The position numbers were made by a program, and so were the translations under genes. From the NCBI GenBank assembly GCA_009103225.1, contig RHPI01002836.1, forward strand, positions 186,001 through 250,000: a stretch of 64,000 bases of DNA. The letters run 5' to 3'. The notes below the pieces were generated by a model. That model was given only the letters and a program-made list of their open reading frames with translations. It was not told where the DNA came from and searched no databases. This DNA is from Chlorokybus atmophyticus. Taxonomy: Eukaryota > Plantae > Mesostigma and Chlorokybus algae. Positions 12,909-26,200 of this stretch are shown one piece after another (positions within the stretch are counted from its first letter, which is position 1; every line of letters begins with the position of its first letter).

Positions 12909-15839
12909 ATGGACTTGCAGTCTGCTGAGCAAGATCATGGCAATGTGCCGCCCAGTTCTTTCTGCCCCATTTCGCTGGAGCTCATGGTAGATTCCATTAT
13001 TATCGTTGAGTCTGGTCAAAATGTGGAGCGGTCCACTGCAGTGTCCTGGTTCAAACAATGCAGCCGTGAATGCCCTGTCACTGGTGAGTTTAGCACTGTA
13101 CCGCAAGTCCAGAAGCTAACAACATGAGTTTACGCCAACATGCACATGGCACTTGCTCTCTGCCGTTGTAAACAACAAAGCTGTTCGTTGCGTGAAAGTG
13201 TGCACAGAATGCACGCAGACTGTGCACACATGCATACGCATGGCACGCATGCGTGCACCTTGATTGCAACTTGAAGCTTGTGTTGTGCACTGTAGATCAG
13301 TTTGCATGCAATCAGTCTTGTGACAGTGATGTTGTAACTAAAATTCCTTGTTAGGACAGAAGCTTAAGCAAACAACCATCACAACCAACCACAGTTTACG
13401 TTATGCGATAGAGGAGTGGTGCAACCAGCAGGCTGCTGCAAAGTGCGCTGAACAGCAGGCCGCAATACAGGCCGAAGCGCAGGCTGCGAAGCTGGCTGAG
13501 CAGACGGCTGCAAAGCTGGCTGCAGAGCAGTTTGCAAAGCAGGCGGAGAAACGCGCTGCACAGCTGGCCTCAAGGGCGGCTGCGCAGAAGACTGCAAAGC
13601 TGGTTGCAGAGCAGGTTGCGAAGCAAGTCGAGGAGCGCGCTGCACAGCTTTTGAAGGTAACTGCGCAGACAGTTGCAAAGCTGGCTGCACAGCAGGCTGA
13701 GGAGCGCGCTGCACAGCTGGCTTCACTGGTGGGTGCACAGACGGCTGCAAAGCTGGGTGCAGAGCAGACTGCCAAGCAGCTGCAGGCCGAGAAGCGCGCT
13801 GCACAGCTTCAAGGGTGGCCACGCAGGAGGAGGAGTTGGCTGCAAGGGCTGCAGGCAGCTCGGAGCCAATTGCCATCAACCATGCTGCAAGTGGAGCTTA
13901 CGCGTCCAGTCTGCTTAAGATGTTGCGCTCGGGCAACTTGGATGAGCAGAAGAGATCACTTAGGTACTTCTTGGGTAAGTTGTTGTTGGTGAAGAAGGAG
14001 TCTTATGAGGTCGCGTGCTGCTCCATTCTGCAAGCGAGCAGCATCCCTTTGTGTGTGTGGCAACAACCGCCACAGGCGGCGAGGAGGTCCTTAGACTTGC
14101 AGCTCAAGTGCTGCAGTATTTGGCAATTGAGACCACGTGCCGAGATGAGATTGTCACGGCCGGGGGTATCAGGTCCCTTGTTGCCTTGCTGCAGAGACCT
14201 AAGGGGGTCAGTGTGTTGTGGCAATTGCTGCCAGCAATGCGCTGGCAAGTCTGGCCTTGACTGAGCAGCACATACCTGCAATAGTACAGGCACGCGCCAA
14301 CAAGCCTCTCTTGCGGTTGCTGCTGAATGCGGTGAACGTGTTGGGTGGCCAATTGCCAGCAGTGTGCCATCAAAGTGCAGCGAAGGCGCTGGGAAGGCTG
14401 TTCGTATCTGACGTCTTCGCTGATGAAGTATTCCGTGAGGGTGGGTGCAAAGCACTTGTGAAATTGCTGCGACACGGCCCAGCTGAAAGCAAGGCTGCCA
14501 TAGCAAATGCGATTTGGGGCATTGCAGTGGAGAGCAACCGCGCCATCACCACCTTTCAACGGAGACTGACTGAAGTTGTTAGTTGAGTTGCTGCAAGACT
14601 TTAGACACCCGAAGGCAAGAGAATGCGGCAGGAGCATTGTTATGGTTGGCTGATGATCACGCAAGTAGAGCGGCCATTGTAAACAGCGGTGGCTTGAAAG
14701 AATTGATGCTTTTGATAAAAGAAGGTGGGGCAGACCGCAGGCGCATGGCAGCGCTGACAGCGCGGGGCTTGGTAAGGGCCCTGCTGGCCGATGACGCGCA
14801 ACAACGCCAAGTGACAGTGGCAGCAGCGCTTCGTGAGCTAGCATCAGCAGAATGCTGTGCGGATGTATTTGTAGACGCGCACGGCATAGCGCGGTTGTTT
14901 GCTTTGAGAGTAAACGGCAGCATTGACGCAACGACAGTGTTGGAGAGTCTTGCCAGTGTGGGCGACCACTGCGGTGCTATTGCGCAGGCGTTAACCACCT
15001 TACTGAGACACACCAGCACTGATCGTCAGCATCAAGCCTTACACGTTGTACAGCAGCTTGCACGCGCTGGCAAAAACATGCGGATTGCCATGGGGGCTGG
15101 CGGTGTCGTTGAGGCGCTCGTTGGCATGTTGGGGGGGATGGCACGCAATGCCAGCACTCATGCATTGCGTCAGCGCTTGGCACTCTGGCGGTTGCTGTAT
15201 CAAGGGCTGGGGGCATGGACTCCCTCGTGGCATTGATGAAACACGGTCAAGGTCTAGACTGCGACTTGCGGGCAGCTGATGTTTTGTGCATCCTGGCTAT
15301 TGAGACAGAGTACAAAATGGCCATTGCACAAGCAGGCGGCATCAACGCAGCGGTCGCTATGCTGTGAAGCGCTGAATCTCAACGCGCTGCTGCCTGCCTT
15401 ATAGCAGAATTCTCACACCATAAAGTCATGACCTCTGCAATTGTTGAGGCTGGCGGTTTCAAACACCTGCTGCATATATTGGCGCGGGACGGCCTACTTG
15501 GCAAGAAAGAGGCAGCAAACACTGCGAGACTTGGCATCCGACAGTAATTGCATTGGTGGCCTCGTGAAGGCCAATGGTCCAAAAGTGCTGATAGAGTCGT
15601 TGTGCGCCAAGCAAGAGCTACTTAGCAACTATGGCGACTACCATGAAGCAGCCGCGGGAGCATTGGCAAACCTTGCTAGTGGCGCCGGCGCAAGGTGGGC
15701 CCTTGCCCACCCAGCTGCCATGACGCCTCTCATTGCGATGGTAGCCTATGGTTCAACTGAAGCCAAGCGCGCACTCATGGCTCTCGCGCAAGATAACGCT
15801 TGCGTGCGGATCATGGAAACGCTCGGCTATCAGGCATAG
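12909..15839 (+). pseudogene. Plant-type U-box/armadillo-repeat E3 ubiquitin ligase (PUB-like), frameshifted
   Basis: U-box PSSFCPISLELMVD...CPVTG is joined by a phase-1 intron (13084-13354) to QKLKQTTITTNHSLRYAIEEWC. ARM repeats follow (EIVTAGGIRSLVALL, EGGCKALVKLL, QENAAGALLWLA, EAAAGALANLA), split over at least five reading-frame segments. Confidence 0.85.
13430..13815 (+). repeat. Coding tandem repeat (~4 imperfect units of ~26-28 aa, AQTAAKLAAEQxAKQAEERAAQL) between the U-box and ARM repeats
   Basis: Repeated GCTGCACAGCT and GCAAAGCTGG blocks in ORF 13348-13992. Confidence 0.7.
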
Positions 15840-16139
15840 TGATGCCTGTCGTGTCAGCGTGTACGACATGTTCGCTACTTGTACATATGTAGGTGACATT
15901 GTATGCCAAGCATCTCATGAGTACTAGAGAGCACGCTCGCTTGCGCCTGGAACCAACATTTGCACATCGCAAGTGTCATTGCTTTCTCTGCCCGGAACTA
16001 GTACAACACTATAACACTATGACATAACCACAATCACAGTACCAACTTCTGTGTAACACCAACAGCACACACGTGCATAACAAGCAGCACGTCCTGTCTC
16101 ACCTCAGGCGCATATGCACACAATGTGTGGTCAGACTTG

Positions 16140-17600
16140 CGCCATCAGCGTGTTGGTACCAGTTGCGAAGGTGTCGGGTGCAGGGGCTGCCCCACACTAC
16201 AGCAGCGCTGATACCTGCGCGTGCTTGGGGCGGATGAGGCAGAGGCTGGTGGCTGTTGTTGCTGTAGGATGAAGGGGGTGGAGGGGGTGGTGACACAACT
16301 TGCTGTTGAATAGCACCAACAGCTCCAACAAAGGTGATGGCGAGAGGAGTGGGGTGGAAGGCGAGGGTGAGATGAGCGCCCACAGCCACACAATGAGAAG
16401 GCGTGCAGCACATGCCGCAGATGGCGTCTGAGAATGAGAAGCGCATTGCCGTGACTTTAATGACGGTAATGTACGTGCGTGCGTGTGTGGGTTATGCGCC
16501 TGCGGGTGAGCGTGCGAAACTGTATACATATGTGTAATCAATCGAGTGACTATGGTCTTGGCAGCGATCATCTTCAGGCGCAAAGGGACAACTTCTCCCT
16601 TTCCAGAGGCAGGTGGCGGACGATGCGCGATGAGATGACGAAATTAAGCGAGGGCCGAGGCAAGAGCTTGCCCGCCAACAGCGGGCCAACCGCCAGCAAC
16701 AGCAACAACAGCAACAGCAACACCAACAACCGCAAACACACACGCACACATGCAAGCACGCACTCCACAAAAACGCGATGAGCCCGTCACAAAGCCGGCC
16801 TGGGCAGGACTTTAATGCTGGACTTCGTGCTGTCACAATCAATCCTGCGCCCACACTCCGTGCTCTTGCCGCCCTCAGTAGCATATCAAGAACAGGGAAG
16901 GTGTGCGACAGCATCATCACACGTGCTTGTGTGCGTGTGCTCATGCAAGTTCACACACACGCCTCCGCAGCCGTTGTTGCCTGGCAGGGTCGCCTTAGCC
17001 CTCAAGTCCGCAAGGGACCTTTGCCTCCCTCCTCCCACGAGCACGCAATAACGTGCCATGTTCGTGGTAGCCGCAACCACCCAATGACAACAACCAGACA
17101 GCAGTGCCATAATGAGAGTATAAGAGCGGCCGCACAGCGTACTACATGAGGGCAAGGTGCTGTTGCTGTTGTTGTCATTGCTGGCTCAGCCAACAACGGT
17201 TGTTGCTCTTGTGGTCATGGTGTTGAGTGTGGGTTGATTGGTAACAAGCGAGGCCGCATATGGCGGCAGAGTGTGGCAGGCACATGCATGCCAAGACCAC
17301 CTCGACACCCTAGGCATGTTTGACACAGACGTGCACACACGCAAACAACAGTGTGCAGTCAAACACGCACGCTCACACGGGCACAAAATTACACATACCA
17401 GTTCACCCACTTGTCTGCCCATGAGTTGGGCAGCTCCTCGTATCTATCAGAAGTGGGGGCTGAGCTACAGGTGGGGAGGTGTGCACTGTGTTCGCTGGCG
17501 GCACAGCGCGTCGGGAGGGGAAGGGGCAAGGGGAAGGGGAAGGCAAGGGGAGGAGGAGCGTGCGGACATGTTGTATGAGGGTGAAGAAAGTTGCAGTATG
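16140..17600. repeat. Dispersed repeat module X, copy 2
   Basis: Same anchors as copy 1 (for example GTGCGGACATGTTG at ~17560). Boundaries are approximate. Confidence 0.65.
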
Positions 17601-18263
17601 TGCATCAACTCCACAAGCGCCCGTGAATTGCTCAGCGCTACAAAGATTACGAGAGATTTGATGCATTGTCATACACGTTAATGCCGGGGATTTCTTTCCT
17701 TATTATTATTACACTTGTCACGCGTTGGCCTTGATCAAAGTCCCATTTCCCTTGCCATTGATTGCGTGCAAAGTAGGTTGCGCTTATTTATGGTGTCCTT
17801 TGTGGAGGTATGCGCACAACGTATCTGAGGCTTCGGCTAGCCTGTGCTTGTCACATGCACAGCGCTGGTGCGGGTAATTACAACTGCAACGCGTGCATGC
17901 ATGACTAAGCGGGGGGCGTAGAGGTAGGCGTAGGAGTGGAGTAGGTAGCCGGCTGGTCGTGTACGTAGCAACGAGGTGAGTATAATATAGTATGCAAGGA
18001 TTATGTGTTGTGCAGTGTGTTGCATGCGTGGTGTGGTCTGAATGGGCACGCCTTCCGCATTTCCTGTACATTACAATTGCGCTGCGTCGTGAATTCTCAG
18101 CTTAAGCTATACACACATCAAGATGTGTACATTTCATGCCTCAAGTTAATTGCAGCACTTATTGAGCTGTTCGGTAGGGTATAGATACTCGTCCAGTGCA
18201 GCAAGCAAAGCGCGCATACCTATACGATTAATGAAATACGCAAATGTCAGTATGTAAGTATCG

Positions 18264-19280
18264 TCATGTACAGGATGATCCAGCATTCGTCGCGGATATC
18301 GGTCGCAATTGATCTCTTATCAGCGCAATGCGCGCTAGAACTTGAGGCATCTCCCAGGCATGCATGCACACCTGCACAAACTGGGAGCCATGTACATCTG
18401 CCAAGCGGCAAATCGCGCGGCTAAACTCCCCTAGATCACATGGCGCAACCAGCATTCGCTCAAATCCACCACCCCTTATCTCCGCGACACACGCGAAAAC
18501 ATCCGACATGAATGTTTCAGCAGTCATTTCTCCAATTTGGCTCGAAACCCAAGGTGGGAGCTGCAACATGTGGCCCTGCAAGTTGGCCACCTGTACGAAA
18601 CGATTTACAGCGCCATATTCCCAAACCAGCAATGCGGACGACACAGACATAGTGGACGGGGTTGTCCTCGTCCACTATGCATGAGTCCCCCCTCCAGCTG
18701 ACATCACAAGCAAAGTCTTATCCTACACCAATGTCAATATGCCCGTGTCTCACAGAGCACCCGAGACAGCAGTTGCTTTTAGAAGCAAACAGTTGTCTCA
18801 ACTAGCACCTGAGGCAGCAAGTGCTGTTCTTCTCTTGCCACGATGCCAGCAAGCTCGCAAACAGTTTCCATGGTCGTCATGGTTCGGCAAGGCCGTCGCC
18901 AATGCCTGTGTGAGCAAAGTGCAACGATGTTACTGGTCATTGCATCACCGACTTTGTCCCGTATGTACATAACTGATTGATGAATACTCTGCATGCTTGC
19001 ATGTGTGCTCTCTTGTACCGCACGCTGCAATCGCCGCAGTGTGCACACGCTAGACTGTTGCATTGTTTAAAGGGATCCAAGTAGCCGCCACACATCTCAC
19101 CTTGGCCTTGATATGGTAGAGTTGGAAGAAGGCGCAGCAAGCCAAACTCATCAACTAGGTTCGAAGAGCAACGCGCTTCTCCTCGTCGACCCACACACAC
19201 CCCCGCCGATGACGGCGGAGTTACCGCCGCCGCCCACCTGCTCCACCTCCTTCTTCTCCCCGTCCGCCTCGTTCTCGTCG
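18264..19280 (-). pseudogene. Orphan gene family Y, copy 1 (3 exon-like blocks; last exon 18264-18697)
   Basis: Spliced blocks MTTMETVCELAGIVAREEQHLLPQ and ..SCIVDEDNP..WEYGAVNRFVQVANLQGHMLQLPPWVSSQIGEMTAETFMSDV.. with GT-AG boundaries shared with the other copies. The upstream boundary is approximate. Confidence 0.55.
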
Positions 19281-19460
19281 TTGGTTACTGCCCTTGCAGC
19301 AAAGGGCACTACCTGTCAGTAGCCAGGCTTGATGCGCGACCCTCCCTCACTGCAAGCATTCAATTACGGGAGATCTACACACACTGCCTACTTAGAGGTC
19401 CCCCTCCCCGAGCGAGTAGTAGTGGACACTTGCCAAGGCGGAGGGTGTCCTAGAGCGCTT

Positions 19461-19497
<37 letters not shown>

Positions 19498-20622
19498 CCG
19501 CCCGCACGAGAAACGGGGAGGAGCAGGGGGAGGTGGAGGAGGAGGCGCGTGAGGGTGACGGGAGGCGTATGACGATCGACGAGTTCGCTGCAAGATAGCC
19601 GAAAGGCGACAGGGAGGGCACAAAGCCTTTGCAGGCGCAGAAGTGGTAGAGGTGCTGCGTTGCTACTGTGTGCTTGATGGACGCACAGCAGGCGTCAACA
19701 AGGTTTCACACCATAACATCTCCAGGCCAGTTGATATCGCAAGGCAAGAAGAAGCTAACATTTGCACAAAGGAACATGGCAAAACAACAGTTGTGCCGTG
19801 ATTTGGTTTGCATGCCAAGGTAGCAGACCGGCCAACAGCAGGCCTGCTTCATCAAGCATACTTAGACGCATTGGAGGAGTGCTTCGAAGCTGCACCACAA
19901 TCTCATAACCGATGAACGAATTGATCAAGCAATGCATGCCAAGTTGTTTCTTCGCCTTGCAACCATTCTTTTTTCGCAGGTATCGCTCGTGTGAGCGCGT
20001 GTGCGTGTGCATGAGTGTGTACACAGTGGTAGCGATGACAATGACAACAAGAGCAGCACGACTGCTATGCACGCTCGCATCTCGAATACATAGCATTAAC
20101 AGCACGTTTCCAGCTGCAAGAACAGGGCCACTGTCAACACGGTTCTGTTGGTCGGTACTTGTGCTGCCGAGTGCGCAACAGCAAGCACAGTGCACACACT
20201 TGTGTGGGTGAGTGTGAGCGTGCGAGTGTGCGATGCAATCCACTTGCATGCAGGGTATGCGTGTCTTCTGTACACCCACCCACCCACCCACATACACACT
20301 CGCATACACGGATAGGTACAGGCGCTCGCAGAATCCCTCAGAATACCGTGCATATGCTGCAGGCCAGAAGACTCCTCAACAAGTTGTTGAGGCTTTCCCA
20401 CCAGCAGCGAGCCCCCACTGCCACCCAGACCAGTTTCCTTCACTGCTGTTCTGCATGGTAGTGATATTGTACTTGTCGCTGTATAGGGCAATAGACACAC
20501 AGACAGAAAGAGAGTTTTTCACTTGCATCGATGGTGAGGTTTGTTTGCCGCACAGCACACTGACACAAGGTGCCCTCACACAAGGCCACCCGTGTCTGCA
20601 GGAGCAGGGCGGCGGCGGTGCG

Positions 20623-22702
20623 ATGGCCCGCAGCGGCAAGGAAGAGGAGGAAGACAATGCACAGCAGGTAGTGAAGTATGCGTGTTGTGCATGTACAATG
20701 GCCGGTGAATGCGCATGCCGCTGCTCTGTTGGCCCTCGGAACAACTTGTGCACGTGTCTGTGTGGTCAGCAGTAGTGAATCTCTGCCTAGTCACGACGTG
20801 TTGCGTTCTCTCTGGGGTGACACACTGATGCGCACAAGTGCGACACTCTGTAGATATCACTGTTGCTGCCGTCGTCGTTGCGTGTGTGCGTGTGAATTAC
20901 CCATGCATCACACACGTGTCCTCGTATATGCTTCACAGCTAGTTGCCGAACTAAACACACTTTGTGTTGCGAGCAGCATCACCTAACAATACATTCAAGC
21001 ATCCAACAAGAAGCTCGTGTTATCACAACAGCAACGCAAACAAAACCTTTGCCTGCACGATTACACGCATTCATGCACGCACACGCATGATGTGTTGTCG
21101 TGGAAGGGCACAGGAACAGGAGGCGAGAAGGCCTGTGCGTCAGTTGAGCGCCGCCTTCTTTGTTATAATCACCACGTTCGATGCGACGCACAGCCGCGAC
21201 TCTTCGCTCCTGCCAGTAAGCAAGTATCATTGTCGTTTGCCTTTGTTGCATCATAACTTCACAGCAGACACGAGTCCACACTACACACGCGCGCCTGCAA
21301 ACGTACTCGCACAGACAAGCATGCATGCGAGCAGGTCTGTGCGTGCGCATGCATACTGTACGAGAATCAACTGTGGTACACCGCTGTGTGGTAGCACTTG
21401 ATGATCGTTACAAAGGTGGGTGGAGTGGGCGCATTGCATCTGTCGCTCACGTTGGCTTCATCTTTCGCGGCATCAATCGTGAAGTCATTCAACGGCGGGC
21501 TAATCCGCGCATTGCGCGTTGGTTGGCTCTCTTACGCTCTCTTCACCTTCACCAACGCGGCGTCATCGTTTTCACTTCATCCCACAACAACAACATGGTC
21601 TTGTTCGCTGCCGCAGTCGTGTTGGGCAAGGGACTCATTCGGCTCAAGCGGCCGCTATGGCAAGTAGGAGCGTAAAGAGGAGGAGTGGTGGTGTCGGGCC
21701 CAAAACCCAGTGCAACTGTGTTGTGTGCGTGTGAGCATACGTGCGTGTGTCTGTGCGCGCGTGTGCCAGAGAGTGCGGGCAAGAGTGTGCCGGCACATGT
21801 GCGTGCGCGCGGGAATTCGGGGACGCGTGTGTATGGGGGCGCGCATGCGTATCTACGTGTGCGTGGGAGTGGTCCAGCACGCGCGTGTGTGCGTGGAGTT
21901 TGCCAGCATGGTGTGCGAGGCTGACTCGATTATGTCTCTCTGCAGGTGGGAGCGGCAAGGGTGCCGTTGGGTGCATTCATGGTGATTGTCGCATGCGGCG
22001 CCATGTGGCTGCTGCCTTCCCCAAAGCGCGAAACAGCACAAACAGTTGAGACACATCCCAACGAGAGGGGTTTGTCCTCTCTTGTCCTCTCGCCTCACCC
22101 AACAAGAAGGTGTCTGAACTGGCTCGTGTGGTCATCCGCACCCCTGATGGCATACACAGGCATGCAGCAGGCGCTCGTATGGGTTGACGTCTCGTCCACA
22201 CGCGTTCTGCCAACAGTATCAATAGCAGGTGTGCCACTCATGATGGCCCTACCGTTTGCTTCATCTCTTGACGCCACGTGCTGGTATCTCCTCGGTCGCA
22301 CTGACCGCACCGCACTCATGTTGGGTGTGGCCATCCCTCTTCAGGCTGCCGCAGCCGTGTGGTTGGGTTGTCTCATCACAGCAACAAGTCCACACATCTG
22401 GCTGGTGTGCGTGGCTGCGGTGATTTGGTGTGGACGATGCCGCATGTAACGAACGCCTCGCCACGCTGTTATCGATGATACGTGACGTGGACCGTGCTTT
22501 GGGTATGTGGCGAGCACTTCAGAGCGGCTCCACAGCTGTGTCGCTCGTTGCAACCGCGCACAGGGTGAGTACACAACCTAAGGGTGTGGAGCTGCTCGTG
22601 CACTCGCGAGTTATGCGCCACTGGCAGTTGCGGTCTCTGTGAGGGAAGACAAGCAGCATGCGCGCGGTGATGCGGGTGACAGAGAACAGCTTGCTCGCCT
22701 AA
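20623..22702 (+). pseudogene. UNC93-like MFS paralog, degraded
   Basis: Collinear with 4070-6707 (MARSGKEEEEDNAQQ; EARRPVRQLSAAFFVI; PLMAYTGMQQALVW), with deletions and frameshifts. Confidence 0.85.
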
Positions 22703-23299
22703 ACACGTAAAGCACTTGAAAGTTGTATACTGTATACTACTAGTTCAGTGACTTGGCAGTTACTGCTGCTGCTGCCATGTATACTTTGACCAGACTTCAG
22801 GCACAGCCTGATGCAATACCTCTGTTGGTGCTTACAACTGTTTCACGTTGACATCGACGACGCATCATGCCTTCGCGATCCCCATGCAACCCTCACTCCT
22901 CTCAGATCCACAAGTGTGCACATGTGTTTGCTAATACCGCAGTTCATGATGTCCTTTACCAACCAAGATGAGCATCTAGACGTTCCAGCCTGGCACTCCT
23001 GCTCGCCATAGCCTAAACTAATAATCATCCACCTTCATTGAAGCACTCACGCGCGTGCGCACACACAAACGCCCTTTAAAGTGCACGGGAACATACCACG
23101 CCTCACAACAGAACCAATATTGAAACAGCCCATCCTTCCGCTTCCTCCCCTCTCAACAGGCGCCGGGTCCTCCATGTCGTTGTTGCTGCCTGTGTTGCAA
23201 TAGGACCAGCAACAACAGGTACAACAAATGCAGGGGTGATCTCGGTGGTGGGCGGTGTGGATCACGGAATGTTGTTCAACGACGCTTGCGCACTGCACT

Positions 23300-24160
23300 T
23301 GAGGGGTGAGAGCAGCAGCGCACACGCACACACCCGCCCGCCCACCCGCCAACCCGCGTTTCCTCACCTTCCCCACCGCAACGCAGGCACCCTCTGCGCT
23401 GGCTACATGTGGGGAGGTGTGCACCACGTTGGCAAGCAACACAGCGTGTCGAGAGGGAGGAGGACGACCTCAATGGAGAGGAGAGTGCGGACATGTTGAA
23501 CTGAACGGCACTCGATGCAACTTTTCTCTCATTGCAAACCTTCCGGCTCCACGAGCGCCAGGGGCCGCCTCAACGCGACATGCATAGGGAGCGCAGAGTC
23601 CTCCGCGCCACACAGCCAACAAGGTGCTGTTGTTGTTGCTTCTTGCTGCAGCACACGGAGGCCTCTTTATTACCTCGCTCTCTCACCCTTGCTGTCCGTT
23701 ATAAGTTGCGCATACGAGCAGAGTTGAGGGCGCAGTCTAGAGGGCTTTGAATGTGCTGTCGGGTCCGAATAGCCTGAGGGGGGCGAAAAGAGGAGGGGGA
23801 TGGAGTTCATGCTGTTGACGTCAACATCCATGCCACTCACAATGCGTGCATGATGTGGGGTGAGGAGGTGGGGACAGTGTTGTTGACACAAAACAAGAGC
23901 TGCCCAACCTGTGGAATATACAACAAGCGTGCCGCCAGCAGCTTGAAGCGGATAGGGCAGTGGCTGATGGCTTTTTGCTTGTTGCTGCAGCGTAGAGGGG
24001 GTGGACACAACAACAACCACAACAACAGCTCCGATGAGGGTGGTGGCNGGGGGGCGCGAGCTATAGGTGGGAAGGTGTCAACTATGTTGGCCGGCGGCAC
24101 AATGTGTCGAGAGGGGAGGAGGACTGCTTTAACGGGGAAGAGAGTGCGGACATGTTGTAT
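23300..24160. repeat. Dispersed repeat module X, copy 3 (internally duplicated)
   Basis: The anchor GTGCGGACATGTTG occurs twice (~23485 and ~24144); GGGGACAGTGTTGTT lies at ~23871. Confidence 0.65.
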
Positions 24161-25220
24161 GATGGTTACGAACTGCAGTCTATGCACCTTCTTTCTCCAC
24201 GCACTCCATCAGCTCCTCGAGCGTCAGCGGCTGCCTCAGTGTAGGGGACGCAGAGTCCACCTTGATTCCAACCGAAATGGTGTTGACAATGTTGTTGTAG
24301 ATGAAGTTAATAATGTCGTTGCTGCTTCAACATAAAGGTCTCTTTGTCAGCGCTCGCTCGCACACTCTCATTGTCACTGGGAGGTTGCGTGTATGAAAGA
24401 TTTGCAATGCAGTATGTGCGAGCCAGGGAGAGGGGAGCGGTCTAGAGGGGGTTTGAGATGTTGTTGGGTTCTAGCAGGGGCAATGAAGGGGGGAAGGAGG
24501 GGGGGGGGGNNNNNNNNNNNNNNNNNNNNNNNNNNNNNNNNNNNNNNNNNNNNNNNNNNNNNNNNNNNNNNNNNNNNNNNNNNNNNNNNNNNNNNNNNNN
24601 NNNNNNNNNNNNNNNNNNNNNNNNNNNNNNNNNNNNNNNNNNNGAGGGTGTACCGCAGTCGACATCAATGGCATCCGTGGCATCAAGAGCAACAAGCACT
24701 AACAAACAAACAACAAGGTCAAGCCCGGAGTCCCTAACCCCCAGAAGCAACTTGTAAATGGTCGTGCATTTGTCGGCGATGTGATGAGCGCGAAGCCGCT
24801 TACAAGTGCGCACCAGCTCATGTGAGACAGATGCAATGCATTGTTGCCACAAACGTCGATGTCAGAAACTTTCAACCACATTGTGTATGCCTTGGCCTTG
24901 GCCGTAGTAAGGATAGGCCTTGCCCATAGTTTGCTTTATAGGATGCGCTAATCAAGGATGCTGTTGATGCTAATATGCGCATGTGTTGTTCGCACATGTT
25001 AAGCACCCACGGAGCTGCAGACATACAATGTCTTGGACCTGATTCAGCAAGGCCAACAAGCTTATTGGGCAAACGCTACACATGTTTGCAATACACACAC
25101 AGATGCATGTAAAGCACTCATCATAAAACACAAAAACCAATCATCAACCACTACATCTAATACACAATCGAGTCTATACACATGATATGTGCAGCAAGCG
25201 AAGCGTGTACATCTGCACGC

Positions 25221-26200
25221 TTATGTGAATACGCTGATGGCATTACCGCCAGGCGCGGGCCACTCGCACATTGTCGCAGACATCGGGTGTGACTGGTCCG
25301 TTATAACTGCCATGCGCGCTAGAACCGGCATCTCCAGGGTGTGCATGCAGGCCTGCACAAAATCGCAGCGCTCTACATCCACCGTGCGGTAAACCGCATG
25401 CAAAAACTCTAGGGAGGTACATGGAGCGATCAACAATTGTGTAAATCGACCCCCCATCTGCGCGACATACGTTACAACATCCGACATGAACACTGCAACA
25501 GTCATCTCTCCGGCGGGACTTGAAACCCAGGGTGGGAGCTCGAACAGGTAGCCCTGCGTGTTGGCGACCTGTACAAAACGGTTGACGGCGCCATGATCCC
25601 AGCAAAATAGCAATGCAGGGTTGTCCTCGTCCACTATGCATAGCTCCAGATACTGTTCCAACTGACATTACAAACGAAATCTTAGATTATATTATTAACA
25701 TCATGCCCATGTGTCTCAAAGAGCACCTGAGGCAGCAAGTGGTGATCCTCAAGAGGCAGCACGTCTGCAAGCTCTGAGACAATTGAAACAGTCGTGGTCA
25801 TCCTTGGGCAAGGCCGTCACCAACGCCTGTGTGCAATAAGCAATAGTGTTACTTGTCATTGCATCACCAACCTTGGCCCGGCAAAAGAAGACAACGCATG
25901 CTTACATGTGTGCTCTCTTGTACCACAAACGGTTGTATGCGGCGCCGTTGGCAGCGCGTACTACGCGCTGCCCATCGCCGCAATATGCACACGCTAGACT
26001 GTTGCATTGCATACGTTCAAAGTAGTAGCCAGTGGCTACTAGCCACACAGCACTTACCTTGGCCTTGAAGCGGTAGAGTGAACACAGGATGCAGCAAGTC
26101 ACGTGTGTCAAACACACTTCTCCTCGCCGCCCGCTGACGGCTTGATCACCGCTGTCGCCCACCAACTCCTCCTCCCCGTCCTCGTTGCCGCCGCCGTCTT
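25221..26200 (-). CDS. Orphan gene family Y, copy 2 (last exon open: LEQYLELCIVDEDNPALLFCWDHGAVNRFVQVANTQG...)
   Basis: The terminal exon is an open 146-aa frame with an acceptor ...AATGTCAG. Upstream blocks MTTTVSIVSELADVLPLEDHHLLPQ and CCILCSLYRFKAK have GT donors. The start codon is uncertain. Confidence 0.5.
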
